Below are positions 37,844 to 48,326 of a DNA stretch of 64,000 nucleotides, piece by piece. The notes below the pieces were generated by a model, which saw only the letters and a list, made by a program, of their open reading frames with translations, was not told the DNA's origin and did not search any database. The translations under genes were made by a program, and so were the position numbers. Source of the DNA: Thermoanaerobaculia bacterium (lineage in GTDB: Bacteria > Acidobacteriota > Thermoanaerobaculia > Multivoradales > Multivoraceae); assembly GCA_963664405.1 (NCBI GenBank), contig OY761158.1, forward strand, positions 690,925 to 754,924, written 5' to 3'. The first letter of the stretch is position 1. The number at the start of each line of letters is the position of its first letter.

Positions 37844-38019
37844 AAAAGCCGTACTAGTGTTGTGTCTCCGACATGGCTTGCCAAGAGCTCGAGGTCATTT
37901 TGTTCGCTGTCAAGGAGCGACGAGGCAGGCATATTGGGAATATGTCGACGAGTCGTGACGACGGCAGCGGGCAAAAGGGGCCGAGATATTGGTAAGCCAT
38001 GTCGGAGACACGGCACTAG
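37844..38019. mobile_element. MITE-like palindromic element, copy 3 (short variant, opposite orientation to copy 2)
   Basis: TIR ctagtgttgtgtctccgacatggcttgcc / ggtaagccatgtcggagacacggcactag; core agctcgaggtcattttgttcgctg...gcaggcatattgggaatatgtcgacgag. Confidence 0.75.
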
Positions 38020-38291
38020 GTATCTCCAATAGCTCACATTCGTGACGTATGAATCAAGTTTTTCTCGAAGCGAACTCGTGCCGGCCGTTCAGGGTGCCCC
38101 AGATCGCCGCAGCGCAGGAGCGAGGCGACGTAGGCGTACTTTGGCGTACGTCGGAGGAGCCGAGCGACGAGCACGCGGTGAGGTGGGGTGCCCTGGACGG
38201 CCGGCGCTAGGAGGCAGTCCGCCGGGTAATAGCCGGGGCAGAGGGCCCGGATCGGGCAAACAGACTCAGAAGGGCGAGAGGGGACGCTTCG

Positions 38292-39188
38292 ATGGAACTG
38301 CGTATCGAAAACTTGTCGAAGACCTATCCAAACGGGGCCCAGGCTCTTCGCGACGTGAGTCTGTCGATCCCCACCGGGATGTTTGGACTCCTCGGCCCCA
38401 ACGGAGCCGGGAAGTCCACTCTGATGCGCATCCTCGCCACCTTGCAAGACCCCGACACCGGCAGCGTCCACTTCGGAAACACCGACGTGCTGCGAGACAA
38501 GAAAGCCCTCCGCCGCACCCTCGGCTACCTTCCTCAGGAGTTCGGCCTCTACCCGAAGGTGTCCGCACTCCGATTGCTCGACCACTTTGCGGTGCTCGAG
38601 GGCATGCTCGATCGCAGGGAGCGCAAGGCAGTCGTCGATGCGCTGCTCCAGCAGACCAACCTCTGGCAAGCGCGAAAGGTAAAGGTCGGCGAGTACTCGG
38701 GCGGCATGCGACAACGCTTTGGCATTGCCGTGGCGCTGCTCGGCGACCCCAAGCTGATCATCGTCGACGAACCGACCGCCGGCCTCGACCCCGAAGAGCG
38801 AGTGCGCTTCTTGAATCTCTTGGCCGAGATCGGTCGCGATAGCGTCGTCATTCTCTCGACTCACATCGTCGACGACGTTGCCGAGCTCTGCAGCCGAATG
38901 GCCATCATCGACCAGGGTCGAATCATGCTCGAAACAGAACCGCTGGCCGCCGTCGCCAACCTCCGAGGCAAGGTCTGGCGACGGCTGATCGAGAGCGACC
39001 AGATGGAGAGCTACCGCGAGAAGTTTCATGTTCTCTCGAATCGACTGAGCCTGGGACGTAATGCGGTCCGCGTGCTCCACGAAGGCCTACCTGGCGAGGG
39101 CTTCGAGGAAGTAGAGCCCGATCTCGAGGACGTGTATTTCGCCACTCTGCGGCCGGTTATGCCCGCGACGGAGCCAGCGCAGGCGTGA
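38292..39188 (+). CDS. ABC transporter ATP-binding protein
   Basis: Walker A GPNGAGKST, signature LSGGMRQR, Walker B LIIVDEPTAGLD; 298 aa. 4-bp overlap with the downstream permease fusion. Confidence 0.85.
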   Translation: MELRIENLSKTYPNGAQALRDVSLSIPTGMFGLLGPNGAGKSTLMRILATLQDPDTGSVHFGNTDVLRDKKALRRTLGYLPQEFGLYPKVSALRLLDHFAVLEGMLDRRERKAVVDALLQQTNLWQARKVKVGEYSGGMRQRFGIAVALLGDPKLIIVDEPTAGLDPEERVRFLNLLAEIGRDSVVILSTHIVDDVAELCSRMAIIDQGRIMLETEPLAAVANLRGKVWRRLIESDQMESYREKFHVLSNRLSLGRNAVRVLHEGLPGEGFEEVEPDLEDVYFATLRPVMPATEPAQA

Positions 39189-42100
39189 GTCGAACTCTGC
39201 AACTGCTCCTCTTCGAGCTCCGACTCTACTTACGGAGGTTCTCGACCTGGGTCTACTTCGTCATCCTGGCGGCGATCGGATTCTTGTTCATGAACATCTT
39301 CGGCGGTGCCATCCCCAGCGTTAGCGCTTCGATCCAAGGCTCTGACGGCACAGTGATGATCAACTCGCCTTTCATCCTGATGCAGCTCACCTCGTTACTC
39401 GGACTGTTCGGCACACTGGTCGTGGCCGCCGTCGCCGGGAACGCCGGCTACCGCGATTTCGGCGAGAACATGCACCCGCTGATCTTCACCACCACAACCT
39501 CGAAGATCGAGTACGTGATCAGTCGCTACAGCGGAGCACTGATCGTGAGCTCCCTCGTACTGCTCGGTGTTGGTGTCGGACTCTGGCTCGGCTCGATCTC
39601 GCCATGGGTCGTCGAGAACCGATTCGGAGCCAACACTTTCGCCGCCTATTCCCGCCCCTATCTGCTGATTGTCGGACCCAATGTGCTCTTCACTTCGGCC
39701 ATCTTCTATTCGATGGCTCTGATGACGCGCAAGCGACTGCCCCACTACCTGGGGGGGGTGGCCCTGCTGCTCGGCTACATGGTTGCAGGGGCAATGGCAG
39801 GCGACCTCGACACCAAGTGGATCGGCGCCCTTGCCGATCCCTTCGGCCTCAGCGCGGCGCAGTTGGTCACCGAATATTGGACTCCCAGCGAGAAGAACAC
39901 AGAGCTTCTCGGGCTCGAGGGGTGGGTGCTGATCAATCGTCTGTTGTGGGTCAGTATTGCGATCGCGATCGTCGCGCTCGCTGTTTGGCGCACCCGCTTC
40001 AGCCAGTTCACCGGTGGGGGGAAAAGCGCGAGCAAACCGACTCTCAAGCCCGCCGAAGCACCGATCGCGATGCGGACGCGGATCGAATTGCCCCCGGCCC
40101 GCCGTTCTTTTGGCTTCGCCGCGGATCTCGCGCAATTGCGAGCCCTGACCACCAGGGCATTTAGAGAAGTCATCGTCAGCCCTGCCTTCGCCGGCATCCT
40201 CCTCGCCGGCGTGCTCTTCCTGGTCATGAGTGCGATGCAGCTCGAGACTCTCTTCGGCACCAGAACCTGGCCGATGGCGTGGAAGGTGATCGAGGTCTTA
40301 GGCGGTAGCTTCAGTCTCTTCGTCTGGATCCTGCTGACGCTCTACAGCGGTGAGCTGGTCTGGCGTGAGCGGGACCTCAAACTCGACCAGGTGATCGACG
40401 CGACTCCGACGCGATCCTGGGTCGTGCTCTTCTCGAAGCTGATCGCCCTCTCTGCGATCGTCCTGGCGCTCCTCGGAGTCGTCACAGTCTCCGGCATGGC
40501 CACCCAGCTCGTGCTCGGATTCTCCCGTCTCGAGCCCGGGCTCTATCTCGGCAAGCTCTTCGGCATGCAGCTCGTCGACTACCTTCTACTCGCCGTGCTG
40601 GCGCTGGCCGTCCACACTCTGGTCAACCACAAATACACCGGACACTTCTTGCTGATCTTGTTTTTTGTCGCCACCGATCTCATGTCTCTGCTCGGTATCG
40701 AGCACTCGCTGTGGGGCTACGGGTCCGATCTGGGTCAGCCCTACTCAGACATGAACCGTCACGGCTGGTACCTCGGACCTTTCGTCTGGTTCAAGCTCTA
40801 CTGGGCCGGCTTCGCGATCCTGCTTGCGGTGCTTTCGAACCTGGTGTGGCCGCGAGGTGTAGACGGGCGCTTCAAGAACCGTCTCAGAGCCGCACGCTCG
40901 CGCGCCGGGAGGACAACTCTGGCGGCGAGCGCCGTCGGCCTGATGCTGGCACTGGGAGTAGGGGGCTATGTTTTCTACAACACGAATGTCCGCAACGAAT
41001 ACAGGAGCTCCAATGAGCTGGAACGTCTGCGGGCAGGCTACGAGCAGAAGTACAAGCAACATCAGGGCCTTCCCCAGCCAAGAATCACCGCCGTCAAGCT
41101 GGAGGTAGATCTTTACCCGCAACGCGGTGACGTTGCCGCCCAAGGCACCTACGAGCTCACCAACCGAACCGATTCTCCGATCGACAGCTTTCACCTGTTG
41201 ATAGACCCCGAAGTCGAAGTTCACCAGCTCAGTCTCGCAACACCGGCCAAGCTCAGCCACGAGGACAAGGACTTCGGTTACCGCATCTACGAGCTCGATC
41301 AACCTCTCGCACCCGGCGAGAGCTCCTCTCTGGACTTCGATCTGCTGCTGTCGAAGGACGGCTTCGCCCACGCTATCCAGAACCAGGTGGTCGAGAACGG
41401 TAGCTTCGTGAGTAGCTCCATCTTGCCGAGCTTCGGCTACGACCCCGGCCCCGAGCTGAGCTTGGACCGTGTACGCGAGAAGTACGATCTCGAGCCCAAG
41501 GAGCGCCTGCCCGATCTCGACGACTCCAAGGCGCGGATGGACAACTACATCTCACGAGACGCCGACTGGGTCGACTTCGAAGTGGTTCTGAGCACCTCTT
41601 CAGATCAGATAGCTCTGGCGCCCGGGTACCTGCAGCGAGAGTGGCAGGACGGTGATCGGCGCTACTACCACTACAAGATGGATGCGCCGATCTTGAACTT
41701 TTTCTCGTTTCTCTCCGCTCGCTACGAAGTCGTCCGCGACCAGTGGAAGGACGTGGCGATCGAGGTGTACTACCACCCGGGACATGAGTTCAACGTGCAG
41801 CGAATGGTCGAAAGCACAAAGAAGTCGCTCGAGTACTTCTCGGCAGAGTTCTCGCCCTATCAACATCGACAGCTGCGGATCCTCGAGTTTCCCCGCTACG
41901 CGTCCTTTGCGCAATCCTTTCCGAACACCGTCCCCTACTCGGAAAGCATCGGCTTCATCGCCAGGGTCAAAGAAGAAGACATCGACTACCCCTTCTACGT
42001 CACCGCCCACGAGGTAGCGCATCAGTGGTGGGCCCATCAGATTATCGGCGGCTACGTGCAAGGCTCGACAGTGCTCTCGGAAACATTGGCTCAGTACTCG

Positions 42101-42787
42101 GCGCTGATGGTGATGGAGCACGAATTCGGATCCGACAAGATCCGCCGCTTTCTCGAGTACGAGCTCGACCGCTACCTCTCCGGGCGCAGCGCCGAGCTCA
42201 AGAAGGAAGTTCCGCTGCTGCGGGTCGAGAATCAGCCCTACATTCACTACAGCAAAGGCTCGCTGATCATGTACGCGGTACGAGACGCGATCGGCGAGGA
42301 AGCAGTAAACCGAGCACTCGCCAGGCTACTCTCCGAGTGGGCTTTTCGCGGCCCGCCGTACCCCACAGCTCGGGAGCTACTTACCGAGCTGCGCGCGGAG
42401 ACGCCTGAAGATCTCCAGGCCTGGCTCACGGATATGTTCGAGCACATCACCCTCTACGAGAATCGGGCCACAGAGGCAGTAGCGAAGCCCACGGGAAACG
42501 GGAGTTACGAGGTCAAGCTCGCTTTCGAGTCGCGCAAACTTCGCGCCGGCGAGCAGGGCGAGGAGACCGAAGTCGCCCTCGACGATCCGATCGACATCGG
42601 TGTCTTCGACGCCGACGGTGAGCCGCTCTACCTCGAAAAGCACCGGATCGACGGCTCGACCCGCGAGATCACGGTTGTGGTCGATGCTATGCCTGCAACG
42701 GCGGGGATCGACCCCTACAACAAGCTGATCGACCGCCACCCCGACGACAACGAGGTCCGGGTCGAGATCGAGGATTCTGAAGAGTGA
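39185..42787 (+). CDS. ABC-2 type transporter permease fused to an M1 family (aminopeptidase N-like) zinc metallopeptidase domain
   Basis: N-terminal ~620 aa with about a dozen TM helices. C-terminal domain has HEVAHQWWAH (HExxH) followed by the downstream Glu (VLSETLAQYSALM), as in M1 gluzincins; 1200 aa. Confidence 0.8.
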   Translation: MSRTLQLLLFELRLYLRRFSTWVYFVILAAIGFLFMNIFGGAIPSVSASIQGSDGTVMINSPFILMQLTSLLGLFGTLVVAAVAGNAGYRDFGENMHPLIFTTTTSKIEYVISRYSGALIVSSLVLLGVGVGLWLGSISPWVVENRFGANTFAAYSRPYLLIVGPNVLFTSAIFYSMALMTRKRLPHYLGGVALLLGYMVAGAMAGDLDTKWIGALADPFGLSAAQLVTEYWTPSEKNTELLGLEGWVLINRLLWVSIAIAIVALAVWRTRFSQFTGGGKSASKPTLKPAEAPIAMRTRIELPPARRSFGFAADLAQLRALTTRAFREVIVSPAFAGILLAGVLFLVMSAMQLETLFGTRTWPMAWKVIEVLGGSFSLFVWILLTLYSGELVWRERDLKLDQVIDATPTRSWVVLFSKLIALSAIVLALLGVVTVSGMATQLVLGFSRLEPGLYLGKLFGMQLVDYLLLAVLALAVHTLVNHKYTGHFLLILFFVATDLMSLLGIEHSLWGYGSDLGQPYSDMNRHGWYLGPFVWFKLYWAGFAILLAVLSNLVWPRGVDGRFKNRLRAARSRAGRTTLAASAVGLMLALGVGGYVFYNTNVRNEYRSSNELERLRAGYEQKYKQHQGLPQPRITAVKLEVDLYPQRGDVAAQGTYELTNRTDSPIDSFHLLIDPEVEVHQLSLATPAKLSHEDKDFGYRIYELDQPLAPGESSSLDFDLLLSKDGFAHAIQNQVVENGSFVSSSILPSFGYDPGPELSLDRVREKYDLEPKERLPDLDDSKARMDNYISRDADWVDFEVVLSTSSDQIALAPGYLQREWQDGDRRYYHYKMDAPILNFFSFLSARYEVVRDQWKDVAIEVYYHPGHEFNVQRMVESTKKSLEYFSAEFSPYQHRQLRILEFPRYASFAQSFPNTVPYSESIGFIARVKEEDIDYPFYVTAHEVAHQWWAHQIIGGYVQGSTVLSETLAQYSALMVMEHEFGSDKIRRFLEYELDRYLSGRSAELKKEVPLLRVENQPYIHYSKGSLIMYAVRDAIGEEAVNRALARLLSEWAFRGPPYPTARELLTELRAETPEDLQAWLTDMFEHITLYENRATEAVAKPTGNGSYEVKLAFESRKLRAGEQGEETEVALDDPIDIGVFDADGEPLYLEKHRIDGSTREITVVVDAMPATAGIDPYNKLIDRHPDDNEVRVEIEDSEE

Positions 42788-42806
42788 GATCTCATCAGCC
42801 CATCAA

Positions 42807-44318
42807 TCATGCGCTGAACTGATCTCGGAGCTCCCGTTTCAGAATCTTCCCGACCGCGCTCTTCGGCAGCTCTTCGAGATAAACAAAGCGACTCGGCAGC
42901 TTGAATTTGGTGACGTAGCGGGCCGCGTGCGTGCGCAGCTCGTCTTCCTCCACTTCTCGGTCGGGCTTCAGTACAACTGCGGCCCAGATGTCATCGCCGT
43001 AGACCGGGTGAGGCACCGGAACGACGGCAACCTCGGAGATCGCCGGATGCTCGTAGAGCGCCTCCTCGATCTCGCGCGGCGAGATGTTCTCGCCGCCCTT
43101 GATGATGAGATCTTTCTTGCGGTCGGTGATGTGCAGAAAGCCGTCCTCGTCCAGATAGCCGATGTCGCCGGTGAGCAGCCACTCACCTCTGCGGGCCGCG
43201 GCAGTGGCTTCTTCGTTGCGCCAGTAACCCCGCATCAGGTTTGGGCCCTTGAGGCACACCTCGCCCCACTCACCCGCACCCAGGCTGACGCCATCGTCAT
43301 CCATGACCGCGACCTCGACACCGGGCACCGGCCGACCGCAGGACCCCGGATGGAAGACATCGGTATCCGAGTAGGCGGTACCCATACTGGTCGACTCGGT
43401 CAGGCCGTAGCCGTCCTTGACCACGCAGTCGAAGGTTCGCTCGAACTCGACCCGGACCTCGTTGGCCAACGCCGCACCACCCGACCAAACCCAGGAGAGA
43501 TGGGAGAGGTCGTAGCGATCGCGATCCGGGTAGTCCAGCATGTAAGTCAACATCGTCGGCACCACCGAGAGTCGCTGGATCTTGAAGTGCTCGAGGTTCC
43601 TGAACACCTCTTCGGTGTTCCACTGAACCATCAGGGTGGCAACCATGCCCTTGACGAAACCCGCGCACATCATGATCACGCCATAGGAGTGCGCCATCGG
43701 TAGAAAGTGAAGAATGCGAGTTTGAGGAGGTATTTCGACCATCGTCGTCAACGAGCTTGCCGTGAACAGAAGATTGGCATGGGTGTTCATCACACCTTTC
43801 GGCCGTCCTGTGGTTCCCGAGGTGTAGAGCAGCAGAGCCAGGTCGTCGTCGGCGCGGTCGACCAGGCCCTCGAGCTCCGTCGCCGACTCGACGCCCTCGG
43901 TGATGTCGACAGCAGCCCGTACCGAGCTCTCGCCAAGCACGAGAAGGCGCTTCAAGCTCTCTACTCCTGCTGCCGCCTCGGCCACCACCGCAGTCACTTC
44001 AGGAGCCGTCAAAGCCACCTTCGCCTCCGAGTTCTCTAGCAGATAGCGCACCTCGACCGGGCCGAGCTGCGGCATGGCGGGCAGAATCACCGCTCCAATC
44101 TTCCACACCGCCTGGAACGCCGCGAAGATCGCCGGGCGATTCGGCATCATCACCAATACCCGATCTCCAGGGCCGACGCCCTGCTCGTCGAGTACCGAAG
44201 CAATTCGTCCGGCGAGCTTCGCCTGATCGAGATTGGTGTAAGTCTCGCCGGCAAAGTGGATCGCCGGGTACTCGCCGAAGTGCTCGAGGCTGTCGAGAGC
44301 CAGCTGAGCCGCGTTCAT
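42807..44318 (-). CDS. AMP-dependent synthetase/ligase (acyl-CoA synthetase)
   Basis: LLYTSGTTGRPKGV AMP-binding motif; 503 aa. 4-bp overlap with the upstream hydrolase gene. Confidence 0.8.
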   Translation of the reverse strand: MNAAQLALDSLEHFGEYPAIHFAGETYTNLDQAKLAGRIASVLDEQGVGPGDRVLVMMPNRPAIFAAFQAVWKIGAVILPAMPQLGPVEVRYLLENSEAKVALTAPEVTAVVAEAAAGVESLKRLLVLGESSVRAAVDITEGVESATELEGLVDRADDDLALLLYTSGTTGRPKGVMNTHANLLFTASSLTTMVEIPPQTRILHFLPMAHSYGVIMMCAGFVKGMVATLMVQWNTEEVFRNLEHFKIQRLSVVPTMLTYMLDYPDRDRYDLSHLSWVWSGGAALANEVRVEFERTFDCVVKDGYGLTESTSMGTAYSDTDVFHPGSCGRPVPGVEVAVMDDDGVSLGAGEWGEVCLKGPNLMRGYWRNEEATAAARRGEWLLTGDIGYLDEDGFLHITDRKKDLIIKGGENISPREIEEALYEHPAISEVAVVPVPHPVYGDDIWAAVVLKPDREVEEDELRTHAARYVTKFKLPSRFVYLEELPKSAVGKILKRELRDQFSA

Positions 44319-45877
44319 CGACTGTCCTCCTTGATGTGGCGGCGCAAGAACGCCATCGAGGGCTCGAGGCCTGCTCCCAGGATCATGTGCCCGCCGCCGG
44401 GGATCTCGTGGTACTCATGTACCATCCCGTGCTCTTTCATAGCCGCTACCATGCGGCGAGAGCGCTCGACCGGCACCGTGACGTCGGCGTCGCCATGGGT
44501 GACGATGACGGGAATGTGGCGCATGCCCTCGAAGTCGACCTCGGCCGGCATGATGCCGGGGCACATAGGGGCTATGGCCGCCCAGATGTCGGGATGACGC
44601 GAAGCGATCCGCCAGGTACCCGCGCCGCCCATCGATCCGCCGAGGAGATAGATGCGTCGCTCGTCGATGTTGTACTCACGGCGGACGAGCCGAACCACGT
44701 TCATCACGTCGAGCTCGCTCAAGCGAGTGAGGTGGCGGCGCTGAGGACTGTAGGGGCGCCCCGCATTTCCTTCTGCCCCGTAGCCTCCAGTGGGGCGATA
44801 CCCGAGCGGCGACACCGCGATATAGCCATCGGCGCCGGCCGCCTTCTTCAACACGCCGCCTAGGGCGGTCATCATGGTGTCCTCGGTGCCGCCGTTGCCG
44901 TGCAACGCTACAAGGAGAGGGGTGGGTCGTCCGGGGTCGTAGTCCTCAGGTACGTCGAGGCGATAGGGCATGATCTCACCCGCCTCTTCGAAGAAGTAGT
45001 GGCGTTTTCGAGTGCCCTTGGCACCGCTCAACGGGTCCTCTCCCCGCTCCAGCTGATCCAGGAGCGCGACCGAAGCGGCGATCTCTCTGGCGAAATCGAA
45101 GCCTCGAGGCGGGCGGCGGCCGAGATTGACCTGACGGGCGAAGTCGAAGGGGTAAAGCACGGTCGCGCGGCTTGAATCGAAACCGCCAAGCTTCCCCAGG
45201 CGCTGCTCCACCTCTTCGCGAGCGGACTCGAGGCCCTCGACGATCCTGATCTCGAGGCTCACGCTATGAAGCGTTTCGCTTCCTTCGCTGAGCTCCGCGA
45301 CAATGCGGTAGGCACCGGACTCGAGGCCCCTCAGATCGACCGAAAAGGGGAAGGGCGCCGCCAGGAGGTCCCCGGGCAAGGGCCCGAAAGTCCCCAGCTG
45401 TCGCTCTTCTCTTTCACCCTCGAGCAACTTTGCCGTCATCCTCAGCGGACTCGTCGGCTGGTAGTCGGTGGGGTACAACTGAGCGAGCCAAACGGTCGCA
45501 TCGCCTCTGGCGTCCGCAATCCGTGATTCGGAGCGCAGGTGGAGCGAGCGCCAGAGCTCGTCGCGCTCGCTCCAGGGCCGCCCTAACGCTCTCGCAAGCG
45601 CGCCGTATAGCAACCGGTAGGCTTCGCCCGAGCGATCTGCGCTGTAGTGGTCGAAGGCCTCATCGACCCGCTCCTCCAATGCCCCGAGCTCGGTTCCGCT
45701 CAGGTCGCGAGCCGCGGCCGCGCGGATAATCGTGCCGGGAAGCTGCTCAATCAGGACCAGGGGCCCTTCGAGTCGCCCGAGCGCCCGCCGCACCTCTCCG
45801 GCTCGGCCCTGGCCAACGGCCAGATGGCAGAGCACGAAGAAGGCGATGGCGAGAGTGATGGCGATGCGTGGTCTCAT
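44315..45877 (-). CDS. Secreted alpha/beta hydrolase (prolyl oligopeptidase S9/esterase-like C-terminal domain) with N-terminal domain of unknown function
   Basis: Signal peptide; GGSMGG nucleophile elbow; downstream HGDADVTVP (Asp/His region); 520 aa. Confidence 0.6.
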   Translation of the reverse strand: MRPRIAITLAIAFFVLCHLAVGQGRAGEVRRALGRLEGPLVLIEQLPGTIIRAAAARDLSGTELGALEERVDEAFDHYSADRSGEAYRLLYGALARALGRPWSERDELWRSLHLRSESRIADARGDATVWLAQLYPTDYQPTSPLRMTAKLLEGEREERQLGTFGPLPGDLLAAPFPFSVDLRGLESGAYRIVAELSEGSETLHSVSLEIRIVEGLESAREEVEQRLGKLGGFDSSRATVLYPFDFARQVNLGRRPPRGFDFAREIAASVALLDQLERGEDPLSGAKGTRKRHYFFEEAGEIMPYRLDVPEDYDPGRPTPLLVALHGNGGTEDTMMTALGGVLKKAAGADGYIAVSPLGYRPTGGYGAEGNAGRPYSPQRRHLTRLSELDVMNVVRLVRREYNIDERRIYLLGGSMGGAGTWRIASRHPDIWAAIAPMCPGIMPAEVDFEGMRHIPVIVTHGDADVTVPVERSRRMVAAMKEHGMVHEYHEIPGGGHMILGAGLEPSMAFLRRHIKEDSR

Positions 45878-45974
45878 TGCGAAGCCTCCTGGGTCTAAAG
45901 CTCACTACCTCGAATCTAGAAAAGTAGATAGACTGGTCCACTTTAACAAGCAAGCCTGGTCTTGGGAGGAGCAA

Positions 45975-46988
45975 ATGCGCGAGAGAGTCCCGAAAGTACA
46001 CACACTCTTCCTTCTATTGCTGATCTGCGTGACTTCGATGGCAGCCGCCCAGAAAACGCAGCGGGGCCGGCTGATCCACGCAGAGGTCGAAACCGATCTC
46101 GTCCCAAGTCCGGCGAAGTTCGACGTTCTTCTACCGCCAGGCTACGAGTCGATCAGCGAGCCGTTGCCTCTCCTGGTCTGGTTGCACGGCGGCGCAAGCG
46201 GGGTCAACCATATCGAGCGCCGCATCGGCGAGCACATCGAGAGCGCCTGGGCGCAGGGCGTTCTCTCCCCCACCGTGATCGTTGCCCCGATAACGGGGGC
46301 CTCTTATTACATCGATTGGAAGGACGGCTCCCAGGACTGGGAGCGCTTCATCGTCGGAGAGCTGCTCGAGCACGTGCGAAAGAACTACAACGTTAGAGGC
46401 GACCGGGAAGGTACTGTCCTCGCCGGGGCATCTGCCGGAGGCCAGGGCACTCTGCGCCTCGCATTGCGAAATCCCACCACGTTCATCGCCGCTGCCGCGA
46501 TGGAGCCTGGCTTCGAGCCTGTTCTCTCCTTCGACAAGCTCGATCCGGGTCGTCTGGACTCGCCGGGGGCGAGGCAGTTCCTCGCAGAGCGCTTCGGCGA
46601 CCCGATCGACAAGGACTACTGGGCGGAACGACATCCGCCGACGATCGTCATTCGCCATGCCGACGCCATTCGAGAGTCGGGGCTGCAACTGCGAGTCGAA
46701 GCCGGCGACGAAGACGCCAACCTCACTTGGCTCAGCGCGGAGCTCGTCCATCGTTTGCTCTTCGACGCCGCGATCCCTCACGAGTACTACATCGAGCGCG
46801 GCGCCGCGCACACCGGCTTTTCGATGCCACGACGTCTCCATCAGAGCTTCGCCTTCCTCGATCGCGCCGTCCATCCCGAGGGTCCTGACGCACAAGCCAT
46901 GCGGCATTTCGAGGGCGCCAAACAAAACGGTCGCTATCGGCCGCGGGTCCCGAATCAGCTACCCTACGAAGCGCCAGACTTTCGCTAG
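45975..46988 (+). CDS. Putative esterase (alpha/beta hydrolase, esterase D/enterochelin-esterase-like), secreted
   Basis: Start at MRERVPKVHTLFLLLLICV (signal peptide; internal Met of ORF 45732..). LLVWLHGGASG and GASAGG motifs. Confidence 0.6.
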   Translation: MRERVPKVHTLFLLLLICVTSMAAAQKTQRGRLIHAEVETDLVPSPAKFDVLLPPGYESISEPLPLLVWLHGGASGVNHIERRIGEHIESAWAQGVLSPTVIVAPITGASYYIDWKDGSQDWERFIVGELLEHVRKNYNVRGDREGTVLAGASAGGQGTLRLALRNPTTFIAAAAMEPGFEPVLSFDKLDPGRLDSPGARQFLAERFGDPIDKDYWAERHPPTIVIRHADAIRESGLQLRVEAGDEDANLTWLSAELVHRLLFDAAIPHEYYIERGAAHTGFSMPRRLHQSFAFLDRAVHPEGPDAQAMRHFEGAKQNGRYRPRVPNQLPYEAPDFR

Positions 46989-47019
46989 AGCAGCCGCTCA
47001 GCTCAGAAGAGGAACACTC

Positions 47020-48312
47020 ATGTCCTGGAGCTTCGAGACCGATCCTGAAGACCAGCAAGAGCTCGACTGGGTCGAGAGCTTCGTCCGCGAAGAGGTAGAG
47101 CCCCTCGACCTCGTCTTGGGCGACCCCTACGACATCGAGGACCCGGCCTTCGTCGAGCTGGTGCGGCCGCTGCAGAAGGTGGTGCAAGCCCGCAAGCTGT
47201 GGGCCTGCCACCTCGGCACAGAGCTCGGCGGAGAGGGCTACGGCCAACTCAAGCTGGCGCTCATGAACGAGATCTTGGGGCGCTCTTACTTCGCTCCCAT
47301 CGTCTTCGGCTGCCAGGCACCCGACTCCGGTAATGGCGAGATCCTCGCCCACTACGGCAGCGAGGAGCACAAGCGACGCTACCTCGAGCCGCTATTGCGA
47401 AATGAGATCGTGTCGTGCTTCTCGATGACCGAGCCTCAGGCCGGTGCTGATCCCAAGATGTTCACCTGCCGAGCCCAGCGGGACGGCGATGAGTGGGTAC
47501 TGAATGGTGAGAAGTGGTTCTCCTCCAATGCCAAATTCGCCTCCTTTCTCATCGTCATGTGTGTCACCAACCCCGAGGCCGAGGTCTACAGTCGGATGTC
47601 GATGTTCATCGTGCCGAAGGAGACTCCGGGCATCGAGATCGTGCGCAATATCGAGATCGGCCTCGAGGGCGCTGGCACGCACGCCTACATTCGATACAAG
47701 AACGTTCGTGTGCCTCTGGAGAACATGCTCGGTGGCGAGGGCCAAGCCTTCGTCGTCGCCCAGACGCGCCTGGGCGGGGGCCGCATCCATCATGCGATGA
47801 GAACTCTGGGGCAGATCAAAAAGGCTTTTGACGCGATGTGCCAGCGCGCCCTTTCGCGGCAAACCCAGGGCGAGCTTCTCGCCCAGAAACAGATGGTCCA
47901 GGAGAAGATCGCCGACTCATGGATGGAAATGGAGCAGTTCAGGCTGCTGGTCCTGCGAACTGCGTGGCGCATCGACCGCTATCAAGACTACCGACGGGTA
48001 CGCAAAGACATCGCCGCGGTAAAGGCCATGATGCCGAAGGTCTACCACGACGTCGTTGCGCGCGCCCTGCAGATTCACGGCGCTCTCGGCCTGTCGAACG
48101 AGATGCCCTTCGTGGGGCAGTTGGTGGGTGCTTTCGGAATGGGTCTCGCGGACGGGCCGACGGAGGTGCACAAGATCACCGTGGCGCGCCAGGTGCTGCA
48201 GGAGTACGAGGCCTACGAAGGCGTCTTCCCGCCCGGCCATCTACCCGCTTTGCGGGAGAACGCAGTCAAGAAATTCGCGGATCGGATCGAGTTCGAAGTG
48301 GCGTCTCTGTAG
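47020..48312 (+). CDS. Acyl-CoA dehydrogenase family protein
   Basis: Start at MSWSFETDP with an upstream agaagaggaa RBS. The ACAD N-, middle and C-terminal domain pattern (..CFSMTEPQAGADP.., ..QIHGALGLSNEMP..); 430 aa. Confidence 0.8.
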   Translation: MSWSFETDPEDQQELDWVESFVREEVEPLDLVLGDPYDIEDPAFVELVRPLQKVVQARKLWACHLGTELGGEGYGQLKLALMNEILGRSYFAPIVFGCQAPDSGNGEILAHYGSEEHKRRYLEPLLRNEIVSCFSMTEPQAGADPKMFTCRAQRDGDEWVLNGEKWFSSNAKFASFLIVMCVTNPEAEVYSRMSMFIVPKETPGIEIVRNIEIGLEGAGTHAYIRYKNVRVPLENMLGGEGQAFVVAQTRLGGGRIHHAMRTLGQIKKAFDAMCQRALSRQTQGELLAQKQMVQEKIADSWMEMEQFRLLVLRTAWRIDRYQDYRRVRKDIAAVKAMMPKVYHDVVARALQIHGALGLSNEMPFVGQLVGAFGMGLADGPTEVHKITVARQVLQEYEAYEGVFPPGHLPALRENAVKKFADRIEFEVASL

Positions 48313-48326
48313 CGACACCCATCACG

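Noticed and set aside
38034-39080. 348-aa reverse-strand ORF
   Set aside because: Antisense to a clear ABC ATPase gene with intact Walker motifs; no motifs of its own.
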